Assembly: GCA_965215335.1 (NCBI GenBank)
Contig: CBDCDA010000002.1
Span: forward strand, 160,001-224,000
Direction: 5' to 3'
DNA from: an uncultured Candidatus Entotheonella sp.
Lineage (GTDB): Bacteria > Tectomicrobia > Entotheonellia > Entotheonellales > Entotheonellaceae
Length of the DNA: 64,000 nucleotides
Part shown: positions 40,322-52,054 of the stretch, piece after piece
Layout of the letters: the number at the start of each line of letters is the position of its first letter
Position numbering within the stretch: the stretch's first letter is position 1
Notes under the pieces: generated by a model
Databases searched by the model: none
Seen by the model: only the letters and a program-made list of their open reading frames with translations
Told to the model about the DNA's origin: nothing
Made by a program: the position numbers and the translations under genes

Positions 40322-41683
40322 ATGCGAGCGGAACCGCACCCAGCCTCGAACGGAACGCCCTGTCGCGCCTGGTTTCATTGCATTGCGGGCTGCACCGAAC
40401 AATACAGCCTGAAGGACATCATTTACCGATGCCCGCGTTGTGACAACCTCCTGGAAGTGCGCCACGACCTGGACCGCCTCCGGCAGCGAACCCCGGACGA
40501 CTGGAAAGGGCTTTTCGACAAGCGGTACCTGCGCACCCAATGGCCCTACGGCAGTGGCGTCTGGGGCAAGCGCGAGTGGGTCTGTCCGGACGTTGTGGAC
40601 GATAATGTCGTGTCCACCTTCGAGGGCGGCACCAACCTTTTCTGGGCCGAGCGGCTGGGAGAGAAGATCGGGGTGCCCGACCTGTGGATCAAGCAGTGCG
40701 GCAACAGCCACACCGGGTCGTTCAAGGACTTGGGCATGACGGTGCTGGTGTCGATGGTGCGGCAGATGATCGCGGAGAGCAAAGACATCCCGGCGGTGGC
40801 GTGCGCCTCGACTGGCGACACGTCCGCGTCGCTGGCTGCCTACTGCGCCGTCGCCGGTCTGCAGGCCATCGTTTTCCTCCCCAAGGGCAGGGTATCCAAC
40901 GCCCAGTTGATTCAGCCCATCGCCCACGGCGCTCTGACGCTGTCGCTGGATACGGACTTCGACGGCTGCATGGCGCTCGTGCAGGAAATCTGTTCCCGCC
41001 ACAACATCTATCTCGCCAATTCGATGAATTCCCTGCGCATCGAGGGGCAGAAGACCGTCAGCATCGAACTTGTGCAGCAGTTCGACTGGGAGGTGCCGGA
41101 TTGGGTGATCATCCCGGGCGGCAATCTAGGCAACGTGAGCGCCTTGGGAAAAGGCTTCATGATGATGCGCGAGTTGGGGTTGATCTCCAAGCTGCCGCGC
41201 ATTGCCTGCGCCCAGGCGCAGCGGGCCAACCCTCTGTATGTGAGCTATCTGAAGGGATTTGAAGACTTTCAGCCGGTGCAGGCACGACCGACGCTGGCGA
41301 GCGCCATCCAGATCGGGCACCCGGTGAGCGTGCAGAAGGCCATCGCCACGTTGAAGACATTCAACGGCGTGGTGGAACAGGCGACTGAGGACGAGTTGGC
41401 CAATGCGTCGGCGTGGTCGGACCGCACGGGACTGTTCAATTGCCCTCACACCGGCGTAGCGTTGGCCGCCCTGTTCAAGCTTGCGCGGAGAGGCGCTGTC
41501 AACAAGGACGACCGCGTCGTAGTCATTTCCACCGCCAACGGCCTGAAATTTCCCGAATTCAAGATTCGCTACCACGAATCCCGCCTTGCCGACGTGAACC
41601 CCCGTCACACCAACCTGCCTGTGGACCTCCCGGCTACGTATGACGCGGTACGGGAAGCGATTATGCGGGCGTTCGACCGTTAA
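40322..41683 (+). CDS. thrC: Threonine synthase
   Basis: [22 protein letters not shown]. Confidence 0.93.
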   Translation: MRAEPHPASNGTPCRAWFHCIAGCTEQYSLKDIIYRCPRCDNLLEVRHDLDRLRQRTPDDWKGLFDKRYLRTQWPYGSGVWGKREWVCPDVVDDNVVSTFEGGTNLFWAERLGEKIGVPDLWIKQCGNSHTGSFKDLGMTVLVSMVRQMIAESKDIPAVACASTGDTSASLAAYCAVAGLQAIVFLPKGRVSNAQLIQPIAHGALTLSLDTDFDGCMALVQEICSRHNIYLANSMNSLRIEGQKTVSIELVQQFDWEVPDWVIIPGGNLGNVSALGKGFMMMRELGLISKLPRIACAQAQRANPLYVSYLKGFEDFQPVQARPTLASAIQIGHPVSVQKAIATLKTFNGVVEQATEDELANASAWSDRTGLFNCPHTGVALAALFKLARRGAVNKDDRVVVISTANGLKFPEFKIRYHESRLADVNPRHTNLPVDLPATYDAVREAIMRAFDR

Positions 41684-41698
41684 AACCGCGCAGTCCTG

Positions 41699-43018
<1,320 letters not shown>

Positions 43019-43249
43019 AATAGGGTGTCTCCTTTTGTCTGCCGTCTTGGAAGCCGGATCGTAAAATTTGGGGAAACGTGTGTTGCAATACACCTGAGAT
43101 GCAGGAGCGTTGGTCAAACGCTGAGGTAGGCGGAGGCGCCAATGATAGGTGAATTGCCACGCGTTTGCAAACCATGCCTGGCGCCCGTCCTGTCGTGCAG
43201 CCGGTACGCGGCGAACCATCAGCTTGCGGAGAATCATCGAGGGGGGACC

Positions 43250-44404
43250 ATGGATTTCACGTTTGACGATACTCAACGGCAGTTGCAAACGACGATGCGG
43301 CGCTTCGTGGATTACGAGGTAATCCCGGTTGCCAGCGAATACGAGCACGCCGACGCCTACCCCGACCCCATGGTCAGGCAAATGGCGGAGATGGGTCTGT
43401 TCGGCTGTATCCTGCCGACCGAATATGGCGGCGGCGGACTCGATTACTTGAGCTACGCCATCATTTGCGAAGAGTTGTCTCGAGGCTGGATGAGCCTGGC
43501 GGGCATTCTCAATTCCCACCTCATGATGGCTCTGATGACCTGCTGGTACGGCACGGAGGTCCAGAGGCAAACCTATATACCGGCTTTCGCGACTGGTGAG
43601 CGGCGCGGCGGGCTGATGCTGACCGAGGCGAATGCCGGTTCCGACGCCGCCGCCATGCAGACGACCGCCATACGTCAGGGCGACGTGTACGTCGTCAATG
43701 GCAGCAAAGTGTTCATCACCAATGCCGAACGCGGCAACACCTTCATGCTGCTGGCCAAGACCGACCCGACGCGGCAGCCGCGGCATCGGGGCATCAGCGC
43801 CTTCCTGCTGGACAAGAGCCGCCCTGGTTTTCGGATCGGCCGGCGCGTCAAGAAGCTGGGCTACAAGGGCTTGCGTACCTGCGAGGTCATTCTGGAGGAT
43901 TGCCAGATTCCGCGGGATTGCCTGATCGGGGAAGAAGGCCACGGCTTTAGATACGTGCTGTCGGCGCTTGAGGTCGGGCGTATCAACATCGCCGCCCGCG
44001 GTGTCGGCATGGCACGCGCCGCGTTTGAGGACTCGATTCGATACGCCCAGCAACGGGAGCAATTCGGGCAACCCATTGCCAACTTCCAGGCAATTCAGTT
44101 CAAGTTGGCCGATATGGCGACGGCAATCGAGGCGGCTCGGTTACTGACCTTCCAGGCCGCCGCCAAGAAGGACCGCGGCGAGCGCTGCGATCTGGAAGCG
44201 GGGATGGCAAAGCTCTTCGCCAGCGAGATGTGCGAGAAAGCCGCCTCGGAGGGCATTCAGATTCACGGGGGATACGGCTACACGGAGGAGTTCGCGGTGG
44301 AGCGGTACTACCGGGATGCCAAGTTGCTCACCGTCGGCGAGGGCACCAGCGAGATTCAGAGGCAGGTCATCGCCCGGCGTCTGCTGGAGTTGCACGCCAT
44401 CTGA
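43250..44404 (+). CDS. Acyl-CoA dehydrogenase
   Basis: LTEANAGSD, NGSKVFITN, HGGYGY, GEGTSEIQ. Confidence 0.92.
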   Translation: MDFTFDDTQRQLQTTMRRFVDYEVIPVASEYEHADAYPDPMVRQMAEMGLFGCILPTEYGGGGLDYLSYAIICEELSRGWMSLAGILNSHLMMALMTCWYGTEVQRQTYIPAFATGERRGGLMLTEANAGSDAAAMQTTAIRQGDVYVVNGSKVFITNAERGNTFMLLAKTDPTRQPRHRGISAFLLDKSRPGFRIGRRVKKLGYKGLRTCEVILEDCQIPRDCLIGEEGHGFRYVLSALEVGRINIAARGVGMARAAFEDSIRYAQQREQFGQPIANFQAIQFKLADMATAIEAARLLTFQAAAKKDRGERCDLEAGMAKLFASEMCEKAASEGIQIHGGYGYTEEFAVERYYRDAKLLTVGEGTSEIQRQVIARRLLELHAI

Positions 44405-44416
44405 TCCTATCCAATC

Positions 44417-46369
44417 TTATCTTCGCGCCGCTTCAACGGGTCCGCTGACCTTGGCGGGTTCCTGCCTGGCGGCCCCGTCGCTCTGGTCTGCCTGACTTGA
44501 GGTACGCCGTCGCCACCAGCCACGCGCGCGGCGCGTCAGACGCCCGGCCGTCTGCCGGCCGGACCGCGTCCCAGCCGTGGCAACCGGCGGTTCGCCATTG
44601 CTGTCATGACGTTCCAAACGTCTCGACCCCGAATTGAATCGCCAGAAAACCCGCCCGCGAATCCCGCTCTGGGACACCGCCGTCTCGGCGTTGATGACAA
44701 CAGGCTGCAACGGAACCGGATCGACCTCGGCCGCCGGTTTTGACGCCTGCCCTTCCGGCTCTTCCACACGGGCGCTGCGACCGCGGCGCCGATACGCACC
44801 GCCAGCCGTCAAACGAGCCGAGGATTCCTTGTTCTCCTTGGCCGTCGCTTTTTCAATCGCCGCAGTCCCCGGCTCGGGCGCCGGACGCCTGACGAACTCC
44901 ATGGTGTGCTCGTTCTGCCGTGCCAACGGGTTACCGGCCAGGCTGAGCGTCAGGTTGTATTCTTCTTCCAGATGGGCGATTTCCTTGCGTTTCTGATTTA
45001 GCAGGTAGAACGCCACGTCCATCGGCAGTTGCGCGTTGACGGCTGCCAGGGTGTCCTTGGCGGCTTCCACGCGAATCCGGCGCAGAACCGATAGCGCAAA
45101 AGCCACCGTCGACCGGATCAAACCGCTGCCCTCGCAATGCGGACAGCTCTGGTAATTGCCCTCGAGGATGGTCGGTTTGAGCCGCTGGCGCGATAATTCC
45201 AGCAACCCGAACTGGGAAATGCGCGCCACCTGCGTACGTGCCTTGTCCCGCTTGACCGCCTGCCGCAGCGTCTTCTCGATTTCCTGATTGTGCTTGGCGT
45301 TACGCATGTCAATGAAATCAATGACGATGAGCCCGCCGAGGTCGCGTAAACGTAGCTGTCGGGCGACCTCCTGGGCCGCCTCCATGTTGGTCTTGAAGGC
45401 CGTCTCCTCGATCGTCTTTTCCCGCGTCGCGCGCCCCGAATTCACGTCGATGGCAACGAGGGCTTCGGTCTGGTCGATGACAATGGAACCGCCTTGTTTC
45501 AGATTGACCTTGTGGCTGTAGACGGTCTCCAACTGCTCCTCAAGCTGGTACTTGGCAAACAGCGGCTTTTTCTCGCGGTACAGCTTCACGCGGCTGTGGT
45601 ATCGCGGCATCACCGCCTGAAAGAAGTCCCGAGCGCGGGAATAGACTTCGCGGTCATCGACCAGAACTTCCTGAATGTCGGGTGTGAAATAGTCGCGGAT
45701 GGAGCGGATCACGAGATCCTGTTCCCGATAGATCAGGGCAGGGGCGGGAGACTGTTGGCTCCTGTCTTCGATGCTGGCCCACAAACGTTGCAGGTACGCC
45801 ATGTCGCGCTGCAACTCGGCTTTGTTGCGGTTCAGCCCGGCGGTGCGCACGATGATGCCCATGTTCGGGGGCGGTTCGAGCTGGGTGACGATCTCTTTGA
45901 GCTTCCTGCGTTCTTCCTCATCCTCAATTTTACGCGAGATGCCGCCCGAGGTCTCCGACTCGGGCATGAGCACCAGATAGCGCCCCGGCAGGGAGATGTA
46001 GGTGCTGAGGCTGGCGCCCTTGGTGCCCAGTTCCTCTTTGACCACCTGCACGATGACTCTCTGGTTGCGCTGCAGCACGTCCTGTATGCGGGGGCGGCGT
46101 TCGCGGTCTTCCGCGGATTTGCCGTCGTCGTTAAACCACCGGGTATGGATCTCGCCAATGGGCAGGAAGCCGTGCCGGTTGCCGCCATAGTCTACGAACG
46201 CCGCCTGCAAGCTTGGTTCGACTTTGACGATGACGCCGTTGTAGATGTTGCCTTTGATCTGCTCCTTGCTGGACGTCTCAATGGTGAATTCTTCCAGAAT
46301 GCCATCTTCGACGATGGCGACGCGGCTTTCTTCCTCATCCGCGACGTTAATGAGCATCCGTTTCTTCAT
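44417..46369 (-). CDS. rne: Ribonuclease E/G
   Basis: S1 domain, IDVNSG, LGGLIVIDFIDM, CPHCEG, disordered Arg-rich tail. Confidence 0.92.
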   Translation of the reverse strand: MKKRMLINVADEEESRVAIVEDGILEEFTIETSSKEQIKGNIYNGVIVKVEPSLQAAFVDYGGNRHGFLPIGEIHTRWFNDDGKSAEDRERRPRIQDVLQRNQRVIVQVVKEELGTKGASLSTYISLPGRYLVLMPESETSGGISRKIEDEEERRKLKEIVTQLEPPPNMGIIVRTAGLNRNKAELQRDMAYLQRLWASIEDRSQQSPAPALIYREQDLVIRSIRDYFTPDIQEVLVDDREVYSRARDFFQAVMPRYHSRVKLYREKKPLFAKYQLEEQLETVYSHKVNLKQGGSIVIDQTEALVAIDVNSGRATREKTIEETAFKTNMEAAQEVARQLRLRDLGGLIVIDFIDMRNAKHNQEIEKTLRQAVKRDKARTQVARISQFGLLELSRQRLKPTILEGNYQSCPHCEGSGLIRSTVAFALSVLRRIRVEAAKDTLAAVNAQLPMDVAFYLLNQKRKEIAHLEEEYNLTLSLAGNPLARQNEHTMEFVRRPAPEPGTAAIEKATAKENKESSARLTAGGAYRRRGRSARVEEPEGQASKPAAEVDPVPLQPVVINAETAVSQSGIRGRVFWRFNSGSRRLERHDSNGEPPVATAGTRSGRQTAGRLTRRARGWWRRRTSSQADQSDGAARQEPAKVSGPVEAARR

Positions 46370-46534
46370 CTAAACCTTCTCTGATCAGGATTTGCATAGG
46401 GTGGATAGTCGTAGGTATCGGGATGGCCGTTGCCAAATGAATTGCGGGGACGATCTGTAACCGCGTAGCACAAATGCGCGGCAAGTGCAAGTGTAACATG
46501 ATATCGGCGTGATGCAAAATTTGGCGCCGTGGTG

Positions 46535-46930
46535 TTACGGCTGGGCATACTCGATCAGGACGCCGCGATTGGACTTGGGATGCAAGAAACAGATCATGCC
46601 GGCCAGTCCGGCGCGCGGCTGCTCATCGATCAGCGTCACGCCGCGCCGTTTGGCGGTTTCCATCTCCTGGCCGACGTCGTCCGTTTCGAAGCACAGATGA
46701 TGTAAACCTTCTCCCCGCTGGGCTAGAAAACGGGCCACTCCGGTTCCTGGCGCAATCGGTTCCAGCAACTCAATCTCGCTCTCACCGATGGTCAGCAGGG
46801 CAGCTCTGACGCCCTGATCCTGGATGATCGCTTCCTTGTGCACTGGAAGGGACAGGGCATCACGATAAAAGGCATAGGCCTCATCCAGGCTGCGTACCAC
46901 AATGCCGATGTGGTGGATTTTGGTCAGCAT
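46535..46930 (-). CDS. mce: Methylmalonyl-CoA epimerase
   Basis: HHIGIVV, IELLEP, GEGLHHLCF, FLHPKS..GVLIE. Confidence 0.88.
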   Translation of the reverse strand: MLTKIHHIGIVVRSLDEAYAFYRDALSLPVHKEAIIQDQGVRAALLTIGESEIELLEPIAPGTGVARFLAQRGEGLHHLCFETDDVGQEMETAKRRGVTLIDEQPRAGLAGMICFLHPKSNRGVLIEYAQP

Positions 46931-46956
46931 GACGTCTCCCGCCGCTTGGCGCCGAC

Positions 46957-48042
46957 TCAGCCGATATAGCCCCGATACGCCAGCAACTCCGCCGTCAGCA
47001 CCGTGCCCTTGGCGGCGCCCATCTTGGTATTGTGTGACAAGAGCACGTATTGCAGGCCGTTCTCGAAGGCGCTGTCACTCCGCAAACGGCCCACGCTGGT
47101 GGCCATGCCGTCGTCCAGCGCGCGGTCCAGACGCGGCTGCGGCCGGAACGGGTCGTCGTGCACGACGATGAGGCGCTGCGGCGCGGAGGGCAGTCCCGGT
47201 TGAACGAATTCCGCGCCGAAACCGTCGAAGGCATCTCGCGCCTCGGCCACCGTGGCCGGCCGCGTGGTGAGCGCCAGTACGCTCTCGGTGTGCCCCTCCA
47301 ACACCGGCACGCGGGTGCACGTCGCACTCATGCGAATCGCGGCCGGTTGCAGACCGTCCGCCGTATAGTGACCGAGAATCTTGCACGTCTCCCGCCGTAC
47401 TTTCTCTTCTTCTCTGGGGATGTAGGGAATCACATTGTCGATGATGTCCAGACCCAGAACGCCGCCATGACGTCCGGCGCCGGAGATGGCCTGCAACGAG
47501 GTCATGACGACGGCTTCCAGGCCGAAGCGTTGCGCCAGGGGAGCCAACGTGATGGCCAGCCCGACCGTGGTGCAATTCGGGTTGGGCGCGATGAATCCTC
47601 GCCAGCCGCGCGTTTTGCGCTGCTTGTCGATCAGTCTGGTATGCTCATCATTGACGCCCGGCAACAGCACCGGCACGTCATCGTCGTAGCGAAAGGCCGA
47701 GGCCGTGCTGATGACCGGCGTGCTGCGCGCATATTGGGATTCGAGTGTCCGGGCGGCGTCCGATTCGACGGCGCTGAAAATCACGTCGAAACGCGTTGCG
47801 TCGAGGTCGGCGGCGTTTTCCACAGGCAGGTCGAAGAGGCTGTCGTCCGGCGGTGACTCGTCGTACCACTGCAAGGAGCCACCGGGGGCGCCCCGCAGTG
47901 CCTCGCCATACGAGCGGCCCGCCGACCGCTGCGACGCGGCCAAGGCGGCAATGGTGAACCAGGGGTGTTCCTGCAAAGCCAGGATGAACTGTTGTCCGAC
48001 GATGCCTGTGGCGCCAACGATGGCGGCCTTGAGCCTGCTCAT
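46957..48042 (-). CDS. asd: Aspartate-semialdehyde dehydrogenase (archaeal/fungal-type)
   Basis: GATGIVGQ, NPNCTT, QAISGAG, RPQPRLDR, SHNTKMGAAKG. Confidence 0.92.
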   Translation of the reverse strand: MSRLKAAIVGATGIVGQQFILALQEHPWFTIAALAASQRSAGRSYGEALRGAPGGSLQWYDESPPDDSLFDLPVENAADLDATRFDVIFSAVESDAARTLESQYARSTPVISTASAFRYDDDVPVLLPGVNDEHTRLIDKQRKTRGWRGFIAPNPNCTTVGLAITLAPLAQRFGLEAVVMTSLQAISGAGRHGGVLGLDIIDNVIPYIPREEEKVRRETCKILGHYTADGLQPAAIRMSATCTRVPVLEGHTESVLALTTRPATVAEARDAFDGFGAEFVQPGLPSAPQRLIVVHDDPFRPQPRLDRALDDGMATSVGRLRSDSAFENGLQYVLLSHNTKMGAAKGTVLTAELLAYRGYIG

Positions 48043-48182
48043 ACAACCTCGTCAATCTGGAAAATGGGTGCGCTTCAACCCGGCAGGGAGGATGCTTGCT
48101 TCCCCTCAGAGGCTTTGCGAGAATGGCCGCCCTCGGTGTCATGGAAGGGAAGCGTAAACGCGCAAGAACAGCGGAGGATGCC

Positions 48183-50027
48183 ATGCAGGGATACCACGGG
48201 CGCATACTGAATGTCAACCTGAGCAACGGCCAAGCTGCTATCGAAACATTCGATGAGGCTTTTGCCAAGCAGTATCTCGGCGGCAACGGTTTCGCCATCC
48301 GTTTGCTGTACGAGCGTCTGGCCGCGGGCATCGATCCCCTGGCACCCGAAAACATGATCGTTTTTGCCGTTGGCCCCACTACCGACACCACCATTCCCGG
48401 CGCCACGCGCTGTTGTGCCGGCACGAAATCCCCGCTGACCGGCCTGTTTTTCGACACCACCTTTGGCGGCATGTTCGCGGCGGCCCAGAAGCGCAGCGGC
48501 TTCGAAGCTATCGCCATCACTGGCCACGCCGCCGAGCCCGTTTACCTGTTGGTGCACGAGAAAGGCGCCGAGATCAAGCCCGCCACCGACTTGTGGGGGC
48601 GTTATACGCAGGAAACCAACCACGCCATCCGCGACCGCGAGGGGGGCAACGTGGAGGTTTGCGCCATCGGACCGGCGGGCGAAAATCGGGTGCGCTACGC
48701 CTGCGCTGTGCATACTTGGGACAAGAGCCGCGATGGGGTCGCCGGGCGCGGCGGCCTTGGCGCGGTCATGGGCTCCAAGCACCTCAAGGCGGTTGCCGTG
48801 TCGGGCAAGCGCAAGACCCCTGTCGCCGATCCCGATGCCATCAAAACGCTGCTGGGCGAGACTCGCGAGCCGATGAAGGTCGGCACCGCGGCGCTGAAGA
48901 ACTACGGCACGACCATCCTGGTCAACATGGTGAACAAAATCGGAGCTCTGGGCGTACGCAACCTCCAGACCGAATGGTATGACAAGGCCGATGCCATCTC
49001 CGGCGAGACCTACAAAGCGACCTATTTCGACAAAGACACGACCTGCTTCAAGTGCCCGGTGGCCTGCGGCAAGGACTTTCACGTGCACGACGGCGAATAC
49101 GCCGGCACCCGCTGGAAAATGCCGGAATACGAAACGATCTATGCCCTTGGCTCCATGCTGGACAACGCCCACAAGGGGTCCATCGTCAAGGCCAACGAAC
49201 TGTGCGATCAGTTGGGCATGGACACGATCAGCCTCGGCGTCACCCTGGCGTTTGCCTTTGAATGCTTCGAGAAGGGGCTGCTGAGCCAAGAACGCGCCGG
49301 TCGCGACCTCAATTTCGGCGACTACCACGCGATCCTCGACCTCATCGAGGATACGGCTTACCGGCGTGGCCTGGGGGATGTGCTGGCCGAGGGTTCGGCG
49401 CGCTTGGCGGCGCAATTGGGAAACGAAGCCAGCTGCTTCCTGTATGCCGTCAAGGCACTGGAAATGCCGGCCCACTCCGCCCGCGTGCTCAAGGGCATGA
49501 GCCTCGGTTACGCGACCTCGACGCGCGGCGGCAGCCATCATGACACCCGCCCGACGCTGCAATACGGCACCGAGCACGACAATACGACGCCCGACGGCAA
49601 GCCTGAATTCGCCGTGCATAACCAGCATTTCACCGCCGTGGGCGATTCACTGACGCAGTGCCGTTTCGTCAGCGAACGCGGCTTCGGCGGCATGCTGAAC
49701 GAGCACTACCCCCGCATGATCAACGCCGTCACCGGCTGGGACCTGTCGCTGGAGGACGTCGAGCGCATCGGCGAGCGCATCTGGAACCTGGAGCGGGCTT
49801 TCAACGTGCGCGAGGGCATCGGGCGCGAGCAGGACGTGCTACCGCATCGGGTCATGCACGAGCCGGTACCCGAAGGCATGCACCAAGGCATGCACTGCCC
49901 GCCGGACGAATTGAACGGCATGCTGGACAGTTATTACGCGCTGCGCGGCTGGACGTCTGACGGCGTGCCGACGCCCGAGCGACTGCAGGCCCTGGGATTG
50001 GCCGAGCTTGTCGGAAACGGCAAGTAG
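48183..50027 (+). CDS. aor: Aldehyde:ferredoxin oxidoreductase (tungsten AOR family)
   Basis: KSPLTG, IGPAGEN, GRGGLGAVMGSK, CxxCxxxC, PEYET, GMDTIS. Confidence 0.9.
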   Translation: MQGYHGRILNVNLSNGQAAIETFDEAFAKQYLGGNGFAIRLLYERLAAGIDPLAPENMIVFAVGPTTDTTIPGATRCCAGTKSPLTGLFFDTTFGGMFAAAQKRSGFEAIAITGHAAEPVYLLVHEKGAEIKPATDLWGRYTQETNHAIRDREGGNVEVCAIGPAGENRVRYACAVHTWDKSRDGVAGRGGLGAVMGSKHLKAVAVSGKRKTPVADPDAIKTLLGETREPMKVGTAALKNYGTTILVNMVNKIGALGVRNLQTEWYDKADAISGETYKATYFDKDTTCFKCPVACGKDFHVHDGEYAGTRWKMPEYETIYALGSMLDNAHKGSIVKANELCDQLGMDTISLGVTLAFAFECFEKGLLSQERAGRDLNFGDYHAILDLIEDTAYRRGLGDVLAEGSARLAAQLGNEASCFLYAVKALEMPAHSARVLKGMSLGYATSTRGGSHHDTRPTLQYGTEHDNTTPDGKPEFAVHNQHFTAVGDSLTQCRFVSERGFGGMLNEHYPRMINAVTGWDLSLEDVERIGERIWNLERAFNVREGIGREQDVLPHRVMHEPVPEGMHQGMHCPPDELNGMLDSYYALRGWTSDGVPTPERLQALGLAELVGNGK

Positions 50028-50036
50028 AACGCGAGC

Positions 50037-50423
50037 ATGCGACTGACCATCACGACGCATCTTTTTGGCTTGCCGACCGGCCAACGCACGGTGCCGGTGT
50101 CCGTCACGGTACCGTCGGCAGGCCTCAGCGTGCGGGAACTCATTGCGCGGAAGATTGAGCAGGAATGGTCGGAGTGTACTGACCAGCAAAGGCCGGGCCT
50201 CAGTGGCGAGGCGTTCTCGTCCGAAGCGCTTCTAGGCGTTGCGCCGCTCGCCCTGCAGGGTGACGCTCGCGAGGAAGTCGAACGCGCTCAACAGGCGTTT
50301 GCGGCCCGCGAGTTTATGATTGTTGTCGACAATCAGCGGGTCTGCGACCCCGACAAAGTCCTGGTCATCAACCCGGACACCCGTGTGGAATTCATCAAAA
50401 TCCTGCCCATGGTCGGGGGATGA
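50037..50423 (+). CDS. Ubiquitin-like (beta-grasp) protein with C-terminal Gly-Gly
   Basis: SVRELI, IVVDN, ends VEFIKILPMVGG-stop; 9 nt after aor. Confidence 0.7.
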   Translation: MRLTITTHLFGLPTGQRTVPVSVTVPSAGLSVRELIARKIEQEWSECTDQQRPGLSGEAFSSEALLGVAPLALQGDAREEVERAQQAFAAREFMIVVDNQRVCDPDKVLVINPDTRVEFIKILPMVGG

Positions 50424-50429
50424 CTCGCC

Positions 50430-51776
50430 TTACCGTACCTTGATTCCCACCTCTGCCATCATTCCCGGCTTCAGCAGATTGTCCAGGTTCTCAACCGCGA
50501 TGCGTACCGGGATGCGCTGCGTCACCTTGATGAAGTGGGCCGAGGCGCTGCCGGCCGGGATAATGGCGAATTCGGACCGTGTGGCGGCGCCGATTTGGTG
50601 CACCTGGCCCTGAAACGATCGCTCGGGGTAGGCGTCCACCGCGATGTCCACCGATTGTCCCAACTGCACTTGGCGAATCCGGGTTTCCTCGATGTTGGCG
50701 CTGATCCACACGTCCTGTGGGTCGTTCACAATGGCGATCGGCTGCCCGGCCTGGACGCGCTCGCCGGAATCGGTAATCGCCTGACTGACGAAGCCGGCCA
50801 CTGGGCTGTGGATGACCGTCTTTTCCAGCCGCAGGCGCGCCAGGGCGAGTTCGGTTCCGGCCTCCTTGACCTTGGCGCGGAGATTCTTCACCACCGCAGC
50901 CTGTGCCATGTTGCGCTGGCGCTCGGCCACCGCCAGGGTTTTCAGCACTTGGGACTCTTCGACCTTCTGTTCCTGAGTGCGCACGTTTTCGAGGCGCAGT
51001 TGCACGCGCCGGCTTTCAGCTCTGGCCTTTTGCAGTAGCGCGAGATCCTTGTCCAGACTCTTCTGTATCGATTGGTGTTGGGCCAATGCGAGATCGTGGG
51101 CTGCCGTCATTTGGTCCCGCTGCTCGGCGGGGATGATGCCATCCTGAAACAGTTGCATGGCGCGCTCGTTCTCGGCCGCCGCCACGTCGAGTTGCGCTTT
51201 GGTGCCTGCCACCTGGGCTCTCGCCTCCTCGACGGCGGCTTCCTGTTCCCGCAACTCAGCCTGCACGCGCTCGTTTTCGAGCTGTGCGGCGCCCTGGATT
51301 TCACTGAGTTGGCTCTGCGAGGCGTTCAGGACGGCCTCGGAGCGTTCGATGTGGCCCTCGGTCAGGGCCTGCACCAATTCGTGTTCGATTTCGGCGCGGG
51401 TCAGTTGACTCTGCACCGCCTCCAGAGCAGCCTGCCGTTGCGCGACTTCCAACTCGTAGAATTCCGGGTCGATGCGGGCCAACAGGTCGCCTTGCCTGAT
51501 CGGCTGCCCCGCCTTGATCGGCACGCTCAGCAAACGCCCCGGCACTTCCGCGCTCACCGTAATCAGCGTCCCCTTCACACGTGCGTCGTCGGTCGACACG
51601 TGGCGCAGCGTGTACAGCCACCACTGCACGCCGAAATAGCCGCCGACCGACAGCACCAGCACCAGTAGCGGAGCGAAAATACGCCAACGCGAGCCGCGCC
51701 GGCTGAGGGGCGGCAGCGGCGCCGACCCGCCAGCGCGAGGCGAGGGGGTGTCCAAGGGAGCGTTATCTTCAGCCAT
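50430..51776 (-). CDS. HlyD/EmrA-family membrane fusion protein
   Basis: TM anchor, STDDA, coiled coil, KVTQRIPVRI, LKPGM. Confidence 0.9.
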   Translation of the reverse strand: MAEDNAPLDTPSPRAGGSAPLPPLSRRGSRWRIFAPLLVLVLSVGGYFGVQWWLYTLRHVSTDDARVKGTLITVSAEVPGRLLSVPIKAGQPIRQGDLLARIDPEFYELEVAQRQAALEAVQSQLTRAEIEHELVQALTEGHIERSEAVLNASQSQLSEIQGAAQLENERVQAELREQEAAVEEARAQVAGTKAQLDVAAAENERAMQLFQDGIIPAEQRDQMTAAHDLALAQHQSIQKSLDKDLALLQKARAESRRVQLRLENVRTQEQKVEESQVLKTLAVAERQRNMAQAAVVKNLRAKVKEAGTELALARLRLEKTVIHSPVAGFVSQAITDSGERVQAGQPIAIVNDPQDVWISANIEETRIRQVQLGQSVDIAVDAYPERSFQGQVHQIGAATRSEFAIIPAGSASAHFIKVTQRIPVRIAVENLDNLLKPGMMAEVGIKVR

Positions 51777-51964
51777 GTACCTGTTTCCTTTGTTGTCAAA
51801 CTTCGCTCGGCATGATGCGAAAGATTGGGGGTGAGTGCCGGAGGGTCAGCGAAGCAGCTGGAGACGGTTGAGACAGCCTCGGAACATAATGCGTGATCAA
51901 CGATGGACGATAGCTTAACACAGACGGTTGTTGCAAAGGGCTGGGTTGATTTCCTGACAGATCA

Positions 51965-51993
51965 TTGATAACTGCTCATTTGTGCATTATATT
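51965..51993 (+). promoter_or_regulatory. Candidate sigma70 promoter for the radical SAM gene
   Basis: TTGATA-N17-TATATT in an AT-rich intergenic region. Confidence 0.5.
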
Positions 51994-52054
51994 GCCCCTA
52001 TAAGAATCCGTGCTGCCAGACCCGAGTCCGCTCATTCACACGGGAGGGGTAGAC

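Noticed and set aside
43019..44071. Extension of ino1 to 790 aa
   Set aside because: Antisense to the acyl-CoA dehydrogenase; ATG 43018 has an AAGGAG RBS
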